Source of the DNA: a virus
Lineage: Duplodnaviria > Caudoviricetes
Virus record (IMG/VR): IMGVR_UViG_3300008266_000933
Location: 1 to 34,865 of that record
DNA: 34,865 nt
Strand: one strand, 5' to 3'
In this document: piece after piece, positions 11,001-20,371 of the stretch
Layout: each line of letters opens with the position of its first letter
How positions within the stretch are numbered: position 1 is the first letter of the stretch
Position numbers and translations under genes: made by a program
The notes under the pieces: model-generated
What the model saw: only the letters and a program-made list of their open reading frames with translations
What the model was told of the DNA's origin: nothing
Databases searched by the model: none

Positions 11001-13318
11001 TCACCTTGACGACCCTGGGAACCTTGCTCACCTTGACGTCCCTGTGCACCCTGTACACCTTGGAAGCCTTGATTTCCTTGATCACCTTGATGACCTTGGA
11101 AACCTTGTTCGCCCTGAACACCTTGCGCGCCCTGCACGCCTTGTTCACCTTGACGCCCTTGAGCACCCTGTACACCTTGGAAACCTTGTTGACCCTGTAC
11201 ACCTTGTGCACCCTGTACACCTTGGAAACCTTGTTGCCCTTGAACGCCCTGGAAGCCTTGCTCGCCCTGAACGCCTTGTTCACCCTGTACCCCTTGGAAA
11301 CCTTGTTCACCTTGTACACCTTGGAAACCTTGTGAACCTTTATCGCCTTGATCGCCAGTGCGAACAAATGTAATATACAATTCAGTGTTTGATGCGAATG
11401 CTGTTCCTACAAGTGTTGATTGTAGCAATGCAACTGGTACAGCAAAGTAACCATTTTGATGAGCATGTGAACCATTAATAGAATAGTAGACATATTCATT
11501 GGTGTTTGCAACATTTGCAGCTTTAAAGTGACCTTTGATTACTGATGTTGAATCGTCAATTGTTTGCAAATAGTTGTAAGAGTTTGCACCATCAGCATCG
11601 ATGGTGTCAATGTACATGAACGTAGCAGTAGAAAGATTTGAATTATTAAATGCTACATTTGCGATACCAGGATCAGTATTTGATGTGCCTGTTTGATAGA
11701 AATAGTCGAAAGTCGCGCCACCAAAGTCGCCAACTTCACCTTTAGAACCTACAGATCCTTGTACACCTTGGAAACCCTGTTCACCTTGGAAACCTTGTGC
11801 TCCTTGAGCACCTTGTGCACCTTGAACGCCTTGGTGACCTTGAACGCCCTGTGCACCTTGTGCGCCCTGACGACCTTGTTCACCTTGATAACCTTGAGAA
11901 CCTTGCTCGCCTTGGAAACCTTGATGACCCTGCTCACCTTGACGTCCCTGTTCACCTTGACGACCTTGATTACCTTGAACGCCTTGCTGTCCCTGTCTGC
12001 CTTGAGCGCCTTGTACACCTTGGAAACCTTGTTCACCCTGTACACCCTGCTCACCTTGACGTCCTTGCTCTCCTTGAACGCCTTGGAAACCTTGTTCACC
12101 TTGACGACCTTGTTCACCTTGACGACCTTGAGCGCCCTGGAAACCCTGAGCGCCTTGAATACCTTGTGGACCTTGATCACCAATATCGCCAGTACGAGCA
12201 AATGTGATAATAACTTGTGTATTGTTACCAAATGTCGATACGGAACCTTCAACATACGCCGCATTAACAGTAAAGTATCCTGAATTTTCCGTAAGAGAAG
12301 AAATCGTGTAAATAGCAAATTCAGACGTAGCACCACGTTCAGATACTTTAAAATGACCTTTTAGCGTTGATGTTGAATCATCAATTGTTCTTAAAAAACT
12401 TTGAATATCATTATTTTCAGTATCAACATCGTCAATGTAAAGCGTATTTGCTAAACTTAATTGAGAATTGTTGAATTTTAGATAACCTGCTCCTGGGTCA
12501 GAAGCAGTTATATTGTCTGAGAAGGAATATTCAAAAGATGCGCCGCCAAAGTTACCATCGCGACCTTGAAAACCTTGTGCGCCTTGTTCGCCTTGATGAC
12601 CCTGTGATCCTTGTTCACCTTGACGACCTTGTGCACCTTGTTGACCTTGAACGCCTTGTGCGCCCTGTATACCTTGGAAACCTTGTGATCCTTGTTCGCC
12701 TTGGTCTCCTTGTACGCCTTGGAAACCTTGTTCGCCTTGATAACCTTGATCGCCCTGAACCCCTTGGAAACCTTGTGAGCCCTGCTCACCTTGCGCACCG
12801 ACAGCACCTTGAATGCCTTGATTACCTTGCGCACCGACAGCACCTTGTACACCTTGATGACCTTGTATACCTTGTGCGCCAGTTGAACCTTGAACACCCT
12901 GTGCACCTTGGAATCCTGCTTCACCCTGAGGTCCTTGATCGCCAGCTAAACCTGTACCGCCAGTTTCGCCTTTATCGCCTTTATCTCCAGTTGCACCTTG
13001 TACGCCTTGGAAACCTTGCTCACCTTGGAAACCTTGGAAGCCTTGTTCACCTTGTTGTCCTTGTGAACCTTGAGCGCCTTGAACACCTTGTGCACCTTGT
13101 GTACCCTGAACGCCCTGATAACCTTGTTCACCAAAGTCGCCTTTTTGACCTTTTTGACCTTGTGCGCCTTGCTCGCCTTGTGCTCCAGCTAAACCTTGCG
13201 GACCTGTGACTGCTGATACAAGTTGATCCCAAGTTGCACCATTCCACACATAGACTACATCCCCAACTGTAAACTGTTGGTTAACTACTGGTGAATCAGG
13301 AAAATTTGGTATTGACAT
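7970..13318 (-). CDS. giant collagen-like (Gly-X-Gln) fibre protein; as sequenced, truncated by a frameshift (about 2250 aa if joined through to 6559)
   Basis: N-terminal [10 protein letters not shown]...YVWNGATW module, five G-X-Q tracts and four ~120-aa globular repeats. It ends with an out-of-register tail [11 protein letters not shown]. Confidence 0.9.
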   Translation of the reverse strand: MSIPNFPDSPVVNQQFTVGDVVYVWNGATWDQLVSAVTGPQGLAGAQGEQGAQGQKGQKGDFGEQGYQGVQGTQGAQGVQGAQGSQGQQGEQGFQGFQGEQGFQGVQGATGDKGDKGETGGTGLAGDQGPQGEAGFQGAQGVQGSTGAQGIQGHQGVQGAVGAQGNQGIQGAVGAQGEQGSQGFQGVQGDQGYQGEQGFQGVQGDQGEQGSQGFQGIQGAQGVQGQQGAQGRQGEQGSQGHQGEQGAQGFQGRDGNFGGASFEYSFSDNITASDPGAGYLKFNNSQLSLANTLYIDDVDTENNDIQSFLRTIDDSTSTLKGHFKVSERGATSEFAIYTISSLTENSGYFTVNAAYVEGSVSTFGNNTQVIITFARTGDIGDQGPQGIQGAQGFQGAQGRQGEQGRQGEQGFQGVQGEQGRQGEQGVQGEQGFQGVQGAQGRQGQQGVQGNQGRQGEQGRQGEQGHQGFQGEQGSQGYQGEQGRQGAQGAQGVQGHQGVQGAQGAQGAQGFQGEQGFQGVQGSVGSKGEVGDFGGATFDYFYQTGTSNTDPGIANVAFNNSNLSTATFMYIDTIDADGANSYNYLQTIDDSTSVIKGHFKAANVANTNEYVYYSINGSHAHQNGYFAVPVALLQSTLVGTAFASNTELYITFVRTGDQGDKGSQGFQGVQGEQGFQGVQGEQGVQGEQGFQGVQGQQGFQGVQGAQGVQGQQGFQGVQGAQGRQGEQGVQGAQGVQGEQGFQGHQGDQGNQGFQGVQGAQGRQGEQGSQGRQGEQGFQGRQGEQGVQGEQGVQGAQGLQGFQGEQGRQGAQGEQGFQGRQGAQGVQGSQGFQGIQGAQGVQGHQGRQGEQGFQGPQGEQGVQGAQGLQGLVGEQGAQGFQGVQGAQGAQGRQGEQGFQGRQGAQGEQGAQGVQGSQGYQGRDGNFGGATFDYTYSSSTANTDPGSGFLRFNNADLTAVNKLYIDNLDDNTSNVYNFLITIDDSTSLIKGHFRVTSKFDSNNYILYTISSLAVQNNYFEVDCSYVSGADSSFSNNDDVLITFARTGDRGDVGAQGAQGVQGHQGRQGEQGFQGVQGTQGSQGFQGVQGEQGVQGAQGRQGEQGFQGTQGDQGFQGHQGEQGYQGEQGFAGVQGEQGSQGFQGEQGYQGHQGEQGFQGVQGSQGTQGEQGFQGTQGEQGFQGVQGHQGVQGRQGEQGAQGFQGEQGVQGSQGRQGSQGQQGAQGFQGEQGAQGFQGVQGSQGHQGHQGEQGYQGFQGEQGAQGFQGEQGYQGAQGVQGAQGRQGEQGFQGHQGDQGFQGHQGEQGSQGFQGVQGQQGVQGVQGHQGRQGEQGSQGFQGEQGYQGAQGVQGHQGRQGEQGVQGEQGVQGAQGVQGHQGVQGNQGIQGAQGRQGEQGVQGEQGFQGIQGAQGVQGAQGVQGAQGVQGHQGYQGEQGFQGFQGEQGFQGVQGHQGYQGEQGFQGVQGNQGLVGQKGEIGEFGGASFEYIFLSNTANTDPGIANLKFDSADISTATRLYIDFVDSNSANVFNYLQTIDDSTSTIKGSFKIANTANVNEFAFFSINGTHAHVADYFSVPVAHTSGVTSFTDLTNVTISFVRTGDRGDKGEQGFQGHQGFQGEQGFQGEQGFQGHQGEQGFQGVQGSQGFQGVQGTIGAQGEQGAQGFQGHQGEQGFQGRQGEQGFQGVQGSQGRQGEQGHQGEQGFQGVQGEQGFQGVQGAQGHQGEQGFQGEQGAQGFQGVQGAQGRQGEQGAQGFQGVQGTVGAQGAQGIQGSQGHQGGRSRRSWCTR
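8946..9067. repeat. 50-bp exact direct repeat, 72-bp spacing, inside collagen tract
   Basis: ccttggaagccctgttcgccttggtatccctgatgaccttgaacgccttg occurs at 8946-8995 and 9018-9067. Confidence 0.85.
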
Positions 13319-13324
13319 CTATGA

Positions 13325-16300
13325 TCACACTGGTACTTTGGTTCTTGAAATATTTAGGGTATTAACAGCGAATACTGGATCAAATAGAAGTCTCATTTGA
13401 CCTGAATTTATATCAGCGCCAAAAGAACCCAAGTAAGAACCAGTAGTAACTGTAGCATATTCTGTCATGTAAACTGTTGTTCCATTATGCAATAAAAGAA
13501 TTTCAGTTGCTTGATAAGAAGCGCCGCTCTTAATTTGAATTAAATATTTGACTGTGCGGTATTCGCTTGTTGGTAGTATGTCAACAACAGTTTGTGCGAC
13601 AGTAGAGGTTGATCCTGTGTTTGCAGAAATTGTAATATTGTTTACTTTGTATTGTGTAGCATTAATTGTTAAATCATTATTAGATTCAATCAATCTGCTG
13701 CTTACGTTTAATTTAGTTCCATTTTGCAGTACTGATACATTACCTGTAAACGTATCGCCAGCACGATTTGCCTTTTCTTGATACAAAGTATTTGCTGTAG
13801 CAATTGAAGCAGCAGTATTCGCGTCACTAAAGAATAAATTGCTTGATGTATTTACAACTGGGGATGGTGTGAGTGAAACCCACTGTACACTATCACCATC
13901 ATTGTAGTAGATGTAGAATTTACCAGTATTTGCTCTCCACCAGAGAGCAGTATTTGAATTTGCTGAACCTGGTGGTGTATCTGAAATATAAAGTTCAGTG
14001 TTACCGTAAGCAGAAATGCCACTGCCGCCAAGTTTAGGATTATCAAAGATAAGAATGACTTTATTATTGGTTGGATCATCAGTACCAGAAATTGTTAAAT
14101 TAGAAGTATTTGCGCTTCTAAAATCTAACGTTCTTCTCTCACCAACCGCTGTATTTGCAACTTGAATAGGAACAGTATCGGTTCCTGCAACACCTTGTGC
14201 ACCTTGAATACCTTGTGCACCTTGAACGCCTTGAACGCCTTGTGCACCAATAGCACCTTGTTCACCTTGTGCTCCTGCTGCACCTGTTGCGCCTTGAACA
14301 CCTTGCGCGCCAGTAGCACCTTGTTCGCCTTGCTCGCCTTGTGCTCCTGCTGCACCTTGAACGCCTTGTGCACCTTGAGCGCCAGCAGCACCCTGTGCGC
14401 CAGAACCAGAAATTGAAGAGAATGCTGTATATGTTACGCCATCATCAGTCCATTCCCACTTGTCAGAAGTTTCATTCCAACGAAGTGCAACATTTGCATT
14501 CGCACCGCGATTGACTGTAATCAATGCATCAAGAGATGGTGCACCAGTAACATTTGAATTGAGAATAATTTCATTATCTTCAACAGATAATGTTGTGACG
14601 TTTAATGTTGTACTGTCGCCAAGAACAGCAAGATTGCCAGAAACTATTAAGTCTCCAGTAATAGTTCCGCCAGCAATTGGTAGTTTTGTATTTGCTGCTT
14701 CATAAGCAGCATTGGCTTGATCATACGCAGGACCTGATGGTGCAATTGAAATATTTGAAACACCAGTAATACGACCTTTTGAATCAACAGTTACTGACGC
14801 AACATTAGAAGCATTACCGTAAGTTCCTGCAACAACACCAGTTGTTCCTAATGTAAATCCAACATTTGCATTACCAGAAGCAGCACCTGCTCCTGCACCA
14901 ACAGATACAATCACATCTGCAGTGTTTGTAAAATTAAGTTGTTGCTTACTTAATGTTGAACCACCATTTGCAGAAATACGAACCGTATTTGCAGCAAGAT
15001 CTACAGTTGGTACCAATGCATTAAGAACAAACGTGTTTAAATCTGTAAATAATCCAGTAAGATCAAAAACTTCACTGCGCGCTAATTTAGCCTGTTCAAA
15101 TGCTACATTAACAGTGTTTGCTGTTGCAGCAAGAGTTATGCTTGTATTATTAACATTATCGCTTAACTGAACAACACCAGTGTGTGTTGTATTTCCTTGG
15201 CGAATTGTAATATTTGCAACAACAACATTATTAGTATTTGAAGTTGATACTGAAAGTAATTCCCCTCCAATAGTTTCAACTTTTAAATTTGCACGTTCAG
15301 TTGTATCGTTAATCCAAGTTTGAACGTTATAGCCAGCAAGATTAATTGTGTTTGCTGTTAAACTTGAAATTGCAATTTCATCATCAACAGTTGTGCTGAC
15401 TTGAGTGTTGCCGAGGAACAATGTAGTTCCTGACAAATAAAGATCGCGGAAACGTTTTGTAGGAGTACCAAGATCGTAGGTGACATCTAAATTAGGAACA
15501 ATATTTTGAGAGATGATCGTCGCAGCAACATTTAAGTTGCCCGTCATCGTATCGCCAGCCTTTAGAACGCGAGTATTTGCATCATCATATGCTGCATTGG
15601 CTTGATCATATGCACTATTGGCTTGTAAGTAAGCGGCATTGGCTTGATCATATGCACTATTGGCTTGATTGAATGCAGCGATTGAATTTACATCGTCGCC
15701 TTTATCACCTTTAGAACCTTGAACGCCTTGTGCGCCTTGTAAACCCTGAGCGCCAACTTCACCTTTGTCGCCAACAACACCTTGTGCACCCGTTGCACCC
15801 TGAGAACCAACAGCACCTTGAGCCCCTTGAACGCCTTGCGCTCCAGTTTCACCTTTATCGCCTGTTGCGCCTTGCGCACCAGCAATTCCAGAAGAACCTT
15901 GAACGCCTTGAAAACCTTGCGCGCCAGTTTCACCTTTATCGCCAACAGCACCTTGAGCGCCATTTACGCCAGCAACACCTTGTGCGCCTTGAATACCTTG
16001 AGGACCAACATCACCTTTTGCTCCCGCTGCACCTTGAACGCCTTGTGCACCAGTATCGCCTTTGTCGCCCTTTGCACCAGGAACGAAAGAATCTGCACCA
16101 GCTGCGCCTTGTGCACCAGGTGCACCTTGAACGCCTTGTGCACCTGTTGCGCCTTGAACACCTTGTGCGCCAACTCCAGCAAATGTTCCTGGAATACCTT
16201 GTGCACCCTGTACACCTTGGAAACCTTGTTGTCCTTGAACGCCTTGATGACCTTGAACACCTTGTGCGCCAGAACCAGTTGCACCTTGAACGCCTTGATG

Positions 16301-16486
16301 ACCTTGAGCGCCTTGAACGCCTTGACGACCTTGAAACCCTTGATCACCCTGAGGACCACCAGGAGTGCCTGGGGCACCTTGAACACCTTGTGCGCCTTGA
16401 GAACCTGCTGCGCCAGCAAGTGGAGCGCTGCCAGTTGTAAGTTTAACTGTACCGACGGTATTTCTATTTGTTAGATTAATCTTCAT
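13325..16486 (-). CDS. mosaic tail-fibre-like protein with collagen tracts, 1053 aa
   Basis: Contains an N-terminal G-X-Q/G-X-K collagen tract, YDQANAAY heptads, YDLGTPTKRFRDLYLSG, tail-fibre-type GVVQLSD and AGTYG..VTVDSKGRIT motifs, a second collagen tract, YYNDGDSVQWV, and a C-terminal YRTVKYLIQI...EILLLHNG...TEYA domain. It has an ATGA overlap with the upstream gene. Confidence 0.9.
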   Translation of the reverse strand: MKINLTNRNTVGTVKLTTGSAPLAGAAGSQGAQGVQGAPGTPGGPQGDQGFQGRQGVQGAQGHQGVQGATGSGAQGVQGHQGVQGQQGFQGVQGAQGIPGTFAGVGAQGVQGATGAQGVQGAPGAQGAAGADSFVPGAKGDKGDTGAQGVQGAAGAKGDVGPQGIQGAQGVAGVNGAQGAVGDKGETGAQGFQGVQGSSGIAGAQGATGDKGETGAQGVQGAQGAVGSQGATGAQGVVGDKGEVGAQGLQGAQGVQGSKGDKGDDVNSIAAFNQANSAYDQANAAYLQANSAYDQANAAYDDANTRVLKAGDTMTGNLNVAATIISQNIVPNLDVTYDLGTPTKRFRDLYLSGTTLFLGNTQVSTTVDDEIAISSLTANTINLAGYNVQTWINDTTERANLKVETIGGELLSVSTSNTNNVVVANITIRQGNTTHTGVVQLSDNVNNTSITLAATANTVNVAFEQAKLARSEVFDLTGLFTDLNTFVLNALVPTVDLAANTVRISANGGSTLSKQQLNFTNTADVIVSVGAGAGAASGNANVGFTLGTTGVVAGTYGNASNVASVTVDSKGRITGVSNISIAPSGPAYDQANAAYEAANTKLPIAGGTITGDLIVSGNLAVLGDSTTLNVTTLSVEDNEIILNSNVTGAPSLDALITVNRGANANVALRWNETSDKWEWTDDGVTYTAFSSISGSGAQGAAGAQGAQGVQGAAGAQGEQGEQGATGAQGVQGATGAAGAQGEQGAIGAQGVQGVQGAQGIQGAQGVAGTDTVPIQVANTAVGERRTLDFRSANTSNLTISGTDDPTNNKVILIFDNPKLGGSGISAYGNTELYISDTPPGSANSNTALWWRANTGKFYIYYNDGDSVQWVSLTPSPVVNTSSNLFFSDANTAASIATANTLYQEKANRAGDTFTGNVSVLQNGTKLNVSSRLIESNNDLTINATQYKVNNITISANTGSTSTVAQTVVDILPTSEYRTVKYLIQIKSGASYQATEILLLHNGTTVYMTEYATVTTGSYLGSFGADINSGQMRLLFDPVFAVNTLNISRTKVPV
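15594..15667. repeat. 32-bp direct repeat (42-bp period) encoding QANSAYD/QANAAY heptads
   Basis: gcattggcttgatcatatgcactattggcttg occurs at 15594-15625 and 15636-15667. The protein reads AFNQANSAYDQANAAYLQANSAYDQANAAYDDAN, a likely coiled coil. Confidence 0.8.
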
Positions 16487-16815
16487 CTAGATACCTGTGG
16501 TGTGACTGTTACTATGCCTTCCATAATTCTGATAGTCACATTCGAGGTATCCGTCATTTTTACGTCATAGACATATCGCCCAGGAGTAATATTTGAGGTT
16601 ACTGCTGAACTCATGGTAATGTTTAAATTCCCATTAGCACCGTTAACAATTGAAATAACTAAATTTGCGGTTGGGTTTGTTGAATAATATGATTTACGAA
16701 TTTGTCCTGTGAATGCGTAACCTGTGACGTTTATGGGAGACCCATCGTCCTCGGTTAGATCCATATTTGTGAAGTAGTCAGCTCCCTGATCTACATACAA
16801 ATCTGTGTAAGCCAT
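16483..16815 (-). CDS. small conserved virion protein (Ig-like/adaptor type) preceding a fibre gene
   Basis: MAYTDLYVDQGADY...GQIRKSY...ITPGRYVYDV...EGIVTVTPQVSR. The start is more likely the ATG at 16815 (TGATG overlap with the upstream stop) than the TTG at 16818. Confidence 0.85.
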   Translation of the reverse strand: MAYTDLYVDQGADYFTNMDLTEDDGSPINVTGYAFTGQIRKSYYSTNPTANLVISIVNGANGNLNITMSSAVTSNITPGRYVYDVKMTDTSNVTIRIMEGIVTVTPQVSR

Positions 16816-17327
16816 CAATTATCTCTTAGAAATTCATAGGTTAGTGTTTTGAGTGTATCGAAATCAGTACAATTCACTATCCTTGTATCTGATGGCAAGT
16901 CTCTTAATTTTTGTTTTTTAGCGGCAATTGTTGCTTTTAGAGCAACATCACCAACTTCATCTGCGCGTTGATATTCAACGTCTAGTTTAGATAATTCGTT
17001 ATTTCTTAATGGACGAATATATTCTAAAAAGCATTCTTTTGCTTTTTCCATATTAATAGAAAAAGAAATTGGAGAGGAATTATCGTCTAAATTAGCTGAC
17101 CAAGCGATCCAATAAGAAACATCTTTTGTATTGGATGAAAAAACCTGATCAAGTTCTGCTTTTTCTGCTTCGTTATCCGTATCGACGACCTTGTATTTTG
17201 AGCCTGCAGGAATATCTTTCGCTACGGTGGCTTCGAAAGAAAGTTCGCCTGTTGGGAATAAGATTGCGAAAGAACCGCCGTTATTCTTCAGATCATCGTT
17301 TGTGTACACGGCTAATTTCATACTCAT
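16815..17327 (-). CDS. putative tail fibre assembly chaperone-like protein
   Basis: C-terminal IRPLRNNELSKLDVEYQRADE...KKQKLRDLP resembles phage tail-assembly-chaperone proteins. It has a strong SD (AGGAG) and follows the fibre genes. Confidence 0.72.
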   Translation of the reverse strand: MSMKLAVYTNDDLKNNGGSFAILFPTGELSFEATVAKDIPAGSKYKVVDTDNEAEKAELDQVFSSNTKDVSYWIAWSANLDDNSSPISFSINMEKAKECFLEYIRPLRNNELSKLDVEYQRADEVGDVALKATIAAKKQKLRDLPSDTRIVNCTDFDTLKTLTYEFLRDN

Positions 17328-17362
17328 ATTCTCCTAAAATTCTATGCATTCACAGATAACTA

Positions 17363-17370
17363 TATTTATT
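17363..17370 (-). promoter_or_regulatory. T4-type late promoter variant (AATAAATA)
   Basis: Plus-strand tatttatt lies in the intergenic gap ~35 nt upstream of the ATG at 17327. Confidence 0.7.
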
Positions 17371-17385
17371 AATTTCCCTATTACC

Positions 17386-18693
17386 TTATGGCGCGGAATC
17401 AACTTCCATCGTAACTTGCGCAGTATCTACCACCGCTAATGTAGCAGCATTACGAATTTGTACAGTAAAGGTTGTTGTACTGAAACTGTTTTCAGACGTT
17501 AATGTCCAATTTTGCGTAGTTCCTAGGTTTACCCAAGTATCAAATGTGCCGCCAGGGGTTCCAGTGCCACCACTATTTACGCTAACGAAAGCCTCGTAAT
17601 TGCTCGCTGAGCCGCTGAGAAGCCATTGTCCAGAAATTGCAGTTAATGTTCCAGAGCTGATTGTTCGGAATGCGCCCCCAGAAGAAGCCAAGCGATATGT
17701 TGCAGTTGCACTACCACCAATACCAGCCAACGAGAAATTCGACGCTGTAACATTCGTTATTTCAACAGAAGAGGCGGCTACGATATCACCAACAATTATA
17801 ACGCTTCCATCTGCTGGAATAAAATATTGTGTATTATTAATATTTTCACCACTTACCGCAAAAGCCACTTGAGTATAATTAGTGTCTTTTAAATAGGTTT
17901 GCAAATGCCCAGATCCAGAATAAAAGAAACCTGTTTCTGAAGAATTTGGTTTTCGAGAAGACCCAACTACCGAATAACTTGAACTTGGTAGTGGGTTTGT
18001 GAAGTTTAAAGTATAAAGTCTAATTGTACCACCAGCCCAAGATTGATTTGAAATGGATATACTAGATATATTATTACTTGGGGTTGAGGCATTAACACCA
18101 GCATCCCCTAAACCACCTTTTTCGCCCTTTGCGCCTTTTTCGCCTTTTGTTGCTCCGATCGATTCGCCCTTTTGACCCTTTTCTCCATCATCACCCACTT
18201 CACCGTAACCAAACTCGCCTTTGTCGCCTTTAGCACCTTTTGTGCCACCTACAACTTCACCAACATCACCTTTGAGACCAGCTAACCCCTGAGCGCCTTG
18301 CACACCTTGATGTCCAGACAAGCCAGCGAAACCTTGAACTCCTTGTGCGCCTTGAACTCCAGGTTGACCTTTTTGCCCCTTTTGACCTTTAACACCACCT
18401 GGACCATCTGGAACTTGTACGTCGATATCAATATCCAAAATTTTAGTATTAGCGACGTTTGCTGTAACAATGACGGAGGAAATACTATTCCCATAAAGGT
18501 TAAATCCACGATCAATTGCACCAAAGTTACCTTCAATATAAATTGGCGTTTTTGACGGATATGGATCGCCCTGAATCCAACACATTCCTGAACTATCGCT
18601 ACCAACAATTAAATCTGTTGTGGTAGTATTTTGGCTATGAATAAATGAGTTTGAAATTAAATTTTTTGTTGCTAAAGTGTTAGCAATTTGAAC
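17386..18693 (-). pseudogene. C-terminal part of short collagen fibre paralogue 2 (frameshifted from 18672..18995)
   Basis: The frame of track ORF 17386..18585 stays open upstream and reads VQIANTLATKNLISNSFIHSQNTTTTDLIVG, aligning with VQVANSIFTKNLVSNTFITSQNTITTDLTVG of the 19007..20371 protein. It continues into a G-X-K/Q collagen tract and a tip domain. Confidence 0.82.
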
Positions 18694-18995
18694 AAAATTA
18701 CATTTGTGTTCGTAAAACGTGCATCATCACCATTGTATATTGCTTCATCTAAAACAATTTTTGTTTTTGTTGTAAGATTATTTTCAACGTTTGCATTTGC
18801 AGTTACATTAAACGTTACGCCTGTTTGGCGATCGACATATAAAGCGCCATTTTTAATATTTAAAATAGCACCTGCCTCTCGCAAATAGTTTCCGTTACGA
18901 AGATCATTTGCTGAATTTGCAAGATCATTAGTCGCACCACGCCAATCACTGAACGTGTTAGTTAAAGTCACATGTGAAATATTTGCATTAGCCAT
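18672..18995 (-). CDS. N-terminal part of short collagen fibre paralogue 2 (truncated by frameshift near 18695-18705)
   Basis: MANANISHVTLTNTFSDWR...NDLRNGNY...ARFTN is collinear with the N-terminus of the 19007..20371 protein, then similarity moves to another frame. Confidence 0.8.
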   Translation of the reverse strand: MANANISHVTLTNTFSDWRGATNDLANSANDLRNGNYLREAGAILNIKNGALYVDRQTGVTFNVTANANVENNLTTKTKIVLDEAIYNGDDARFTNTNVILFKLLTL

Positions 18996-19006
18996 TTAAT
19001 TAATCT

Positions 19007-20371
19007 TTATTTTACAACAATTACATCAGCATCTGCAGGATAAAAATATTTTGTTTCATTAAGGTTTTCACCTGAAAGAGCATACGCAACTTTAACGAAG
19101 TTTGCATTACGTCTTGTTACTTGTAGATTGCCGCTGCCAGAGAAATAAAATGATGGGGCATCAGAAGTTCCTGGTTTTCTTGCAGAACCAGCGACGGCAT
19201 AATATTGATCATCCATTGGAGTTGTGAAATTGATTGTGTATTGAATCAAAGTACCCCAACTTGCATTCCATGTACCACCATCCCAACTTTGATCACCAGC
19301 AACTGTAATACTTGAAACATTATTGCTACCATTAACTGTAACGGAACCAACAGAAGAACTAAAGTTTGCATATGCTTTTACAAGTTGTGAACCTGCTGCT
19401 GCGCCGCTACCCTTGTCACCCTTCGCGCCTTGTGGTCCTTGATTTCCTTTATCGCCTTTATCTGCAGATACGCCAGAAGTGCCTTGATTTCCTTTATCGC
19501 CCTTATCGCCCTTATCTCCAATATCCCCACTTCCGCCAATCTCGCCCTTCTGACCTTTTGTTCCTTGGAAACCTTTATCACCAGCGCCTTGCTCGCCTTT
19601 ATCGCCTTTGTCTCCAGTTCCACCAACAGCAGGTTCACCTTTTGATCCCTGTACACCTTGAAAACCTTGTACACCTTGAAAACCTTGTGCGCCCTGCACG
19701 CCTTGCGCGCCTTGAAAACCTTGGAAACCTGGTTCGCCTTTTTCACCATTAACACCAGGCTCACCCTTGACGCCTTTATCACCAAGAACGCTTGGAGCAT
19801 CAAAAACAATATCTGTAACTTTTGTGTTTGCAATGTTTGCTGAAACAGTAACTGTCGCAATACCAGTTCCGCGGAAGTTTAATCCTCTGCGTGTATTAAT
19901 GTAAACACCATCTTGATAGATTGGTGTGCGTGATGGCTCAGGATCTCCGTTGATCCAGCAATTACCATTAGCATAACTTGAGCCGACAGTCAAATCTGTT
20001 GTGATAGTATTTTGACTTGTAATAAAAGTATTTGAAACTAGATTTTTAGTAAAAATAGAGTTTGCTACTTGAACATAAGATGAAACATTTGTGAAACGAG
20101 CATTCGCACCATTTACTGTAATGTCATCTGTCGCGACAAATGTTTTTGTTGTTAATTGATTAGCAATAGAAGCATCAGAGGAAACAAGTAGAGTGGTTCC
20201 TGTTGGACGTGTGATGTGAACATTACCAGACGCAACAATTAAATCGCCGTTGTCTTTAACGTAATTACCATTACGAAGATCATTAATTGAATTGGCTAAA
20301 ACGTTCGTAATGACGCGCCACTCATTAAACGTTTGGTTTAATTGTAATTGTGCAATATTTGCATTAGCCAT
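19007..20371 (-). CDS. short collagen-containing fibre protein, paralogue 1 (454 aa)
   Basis: N-terminal anchor-like TFNEWRVITN motif, central G-D/E-K and G-X-Q collagen, and C-terminal KAYANF...NNVSSI...YTINFTTPMDDQYYAVAGS tip domain. Confidence 0.88.
   Translation of the reverse strand: MANANIAQLQLNQTFNEWRVITNVLANSINDLRNGNYVKDNGDLIVASGNVHITRPTGTTLLVSSDASIANQLTTKTFVATDDITVNGANARFTNVSSYVQVANSIFTKNLVSNTFITSQNTITTDLTVGSSYANGNCWINGDPEPSRTPIYQDGVYINTRRGLNFRGTGIATVTVSANIANTKVTDIVFDAPSVLGDKGVKGEPGVNGEKGEPGFQGFQGAQGVQGAQGFQGVQGFQGVQGSKGEPAVGGTGDKGDKGEQGAGDKGFQGTKGQKGEIGGSGDIGDKGDKGDKGNQGTSGVSADKGDKGNQGPQGAKGDKGSGAAAGSQLVKAYANFSSSVGSVTVNGSNNVSSITVAGDQSWDGGTWNASWGTLIQYTINFTTPMDDQYYAVAGSARKPGTSDAPSFYFSGSGNLQVTRRNANFVKVAYALSGENLNETKYFYPADADVIVVK

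Noticed and set aside
1206-16474. Many long plus-strand ORFs (HL/RL- or TL/AL-rich) and shifted minus-strand ORFs (KV-rich), up to 451 aa
   Set aside because: These are shadows of the 9-bp CAA-GGN-NNN collagen repeat, which lacks stops in several frames. They coincide with the collagen tracts and show no independent signals.
931-16486. Repeat arrays as CRISPR or as DGR template/variable repeats
   Set aside because: The repeats are 9-bp coding periodicity with no constant repeat-spacer structure. No cas or reverse transcriptase gene is present, and I saw no adenine-specific mismatch pair.
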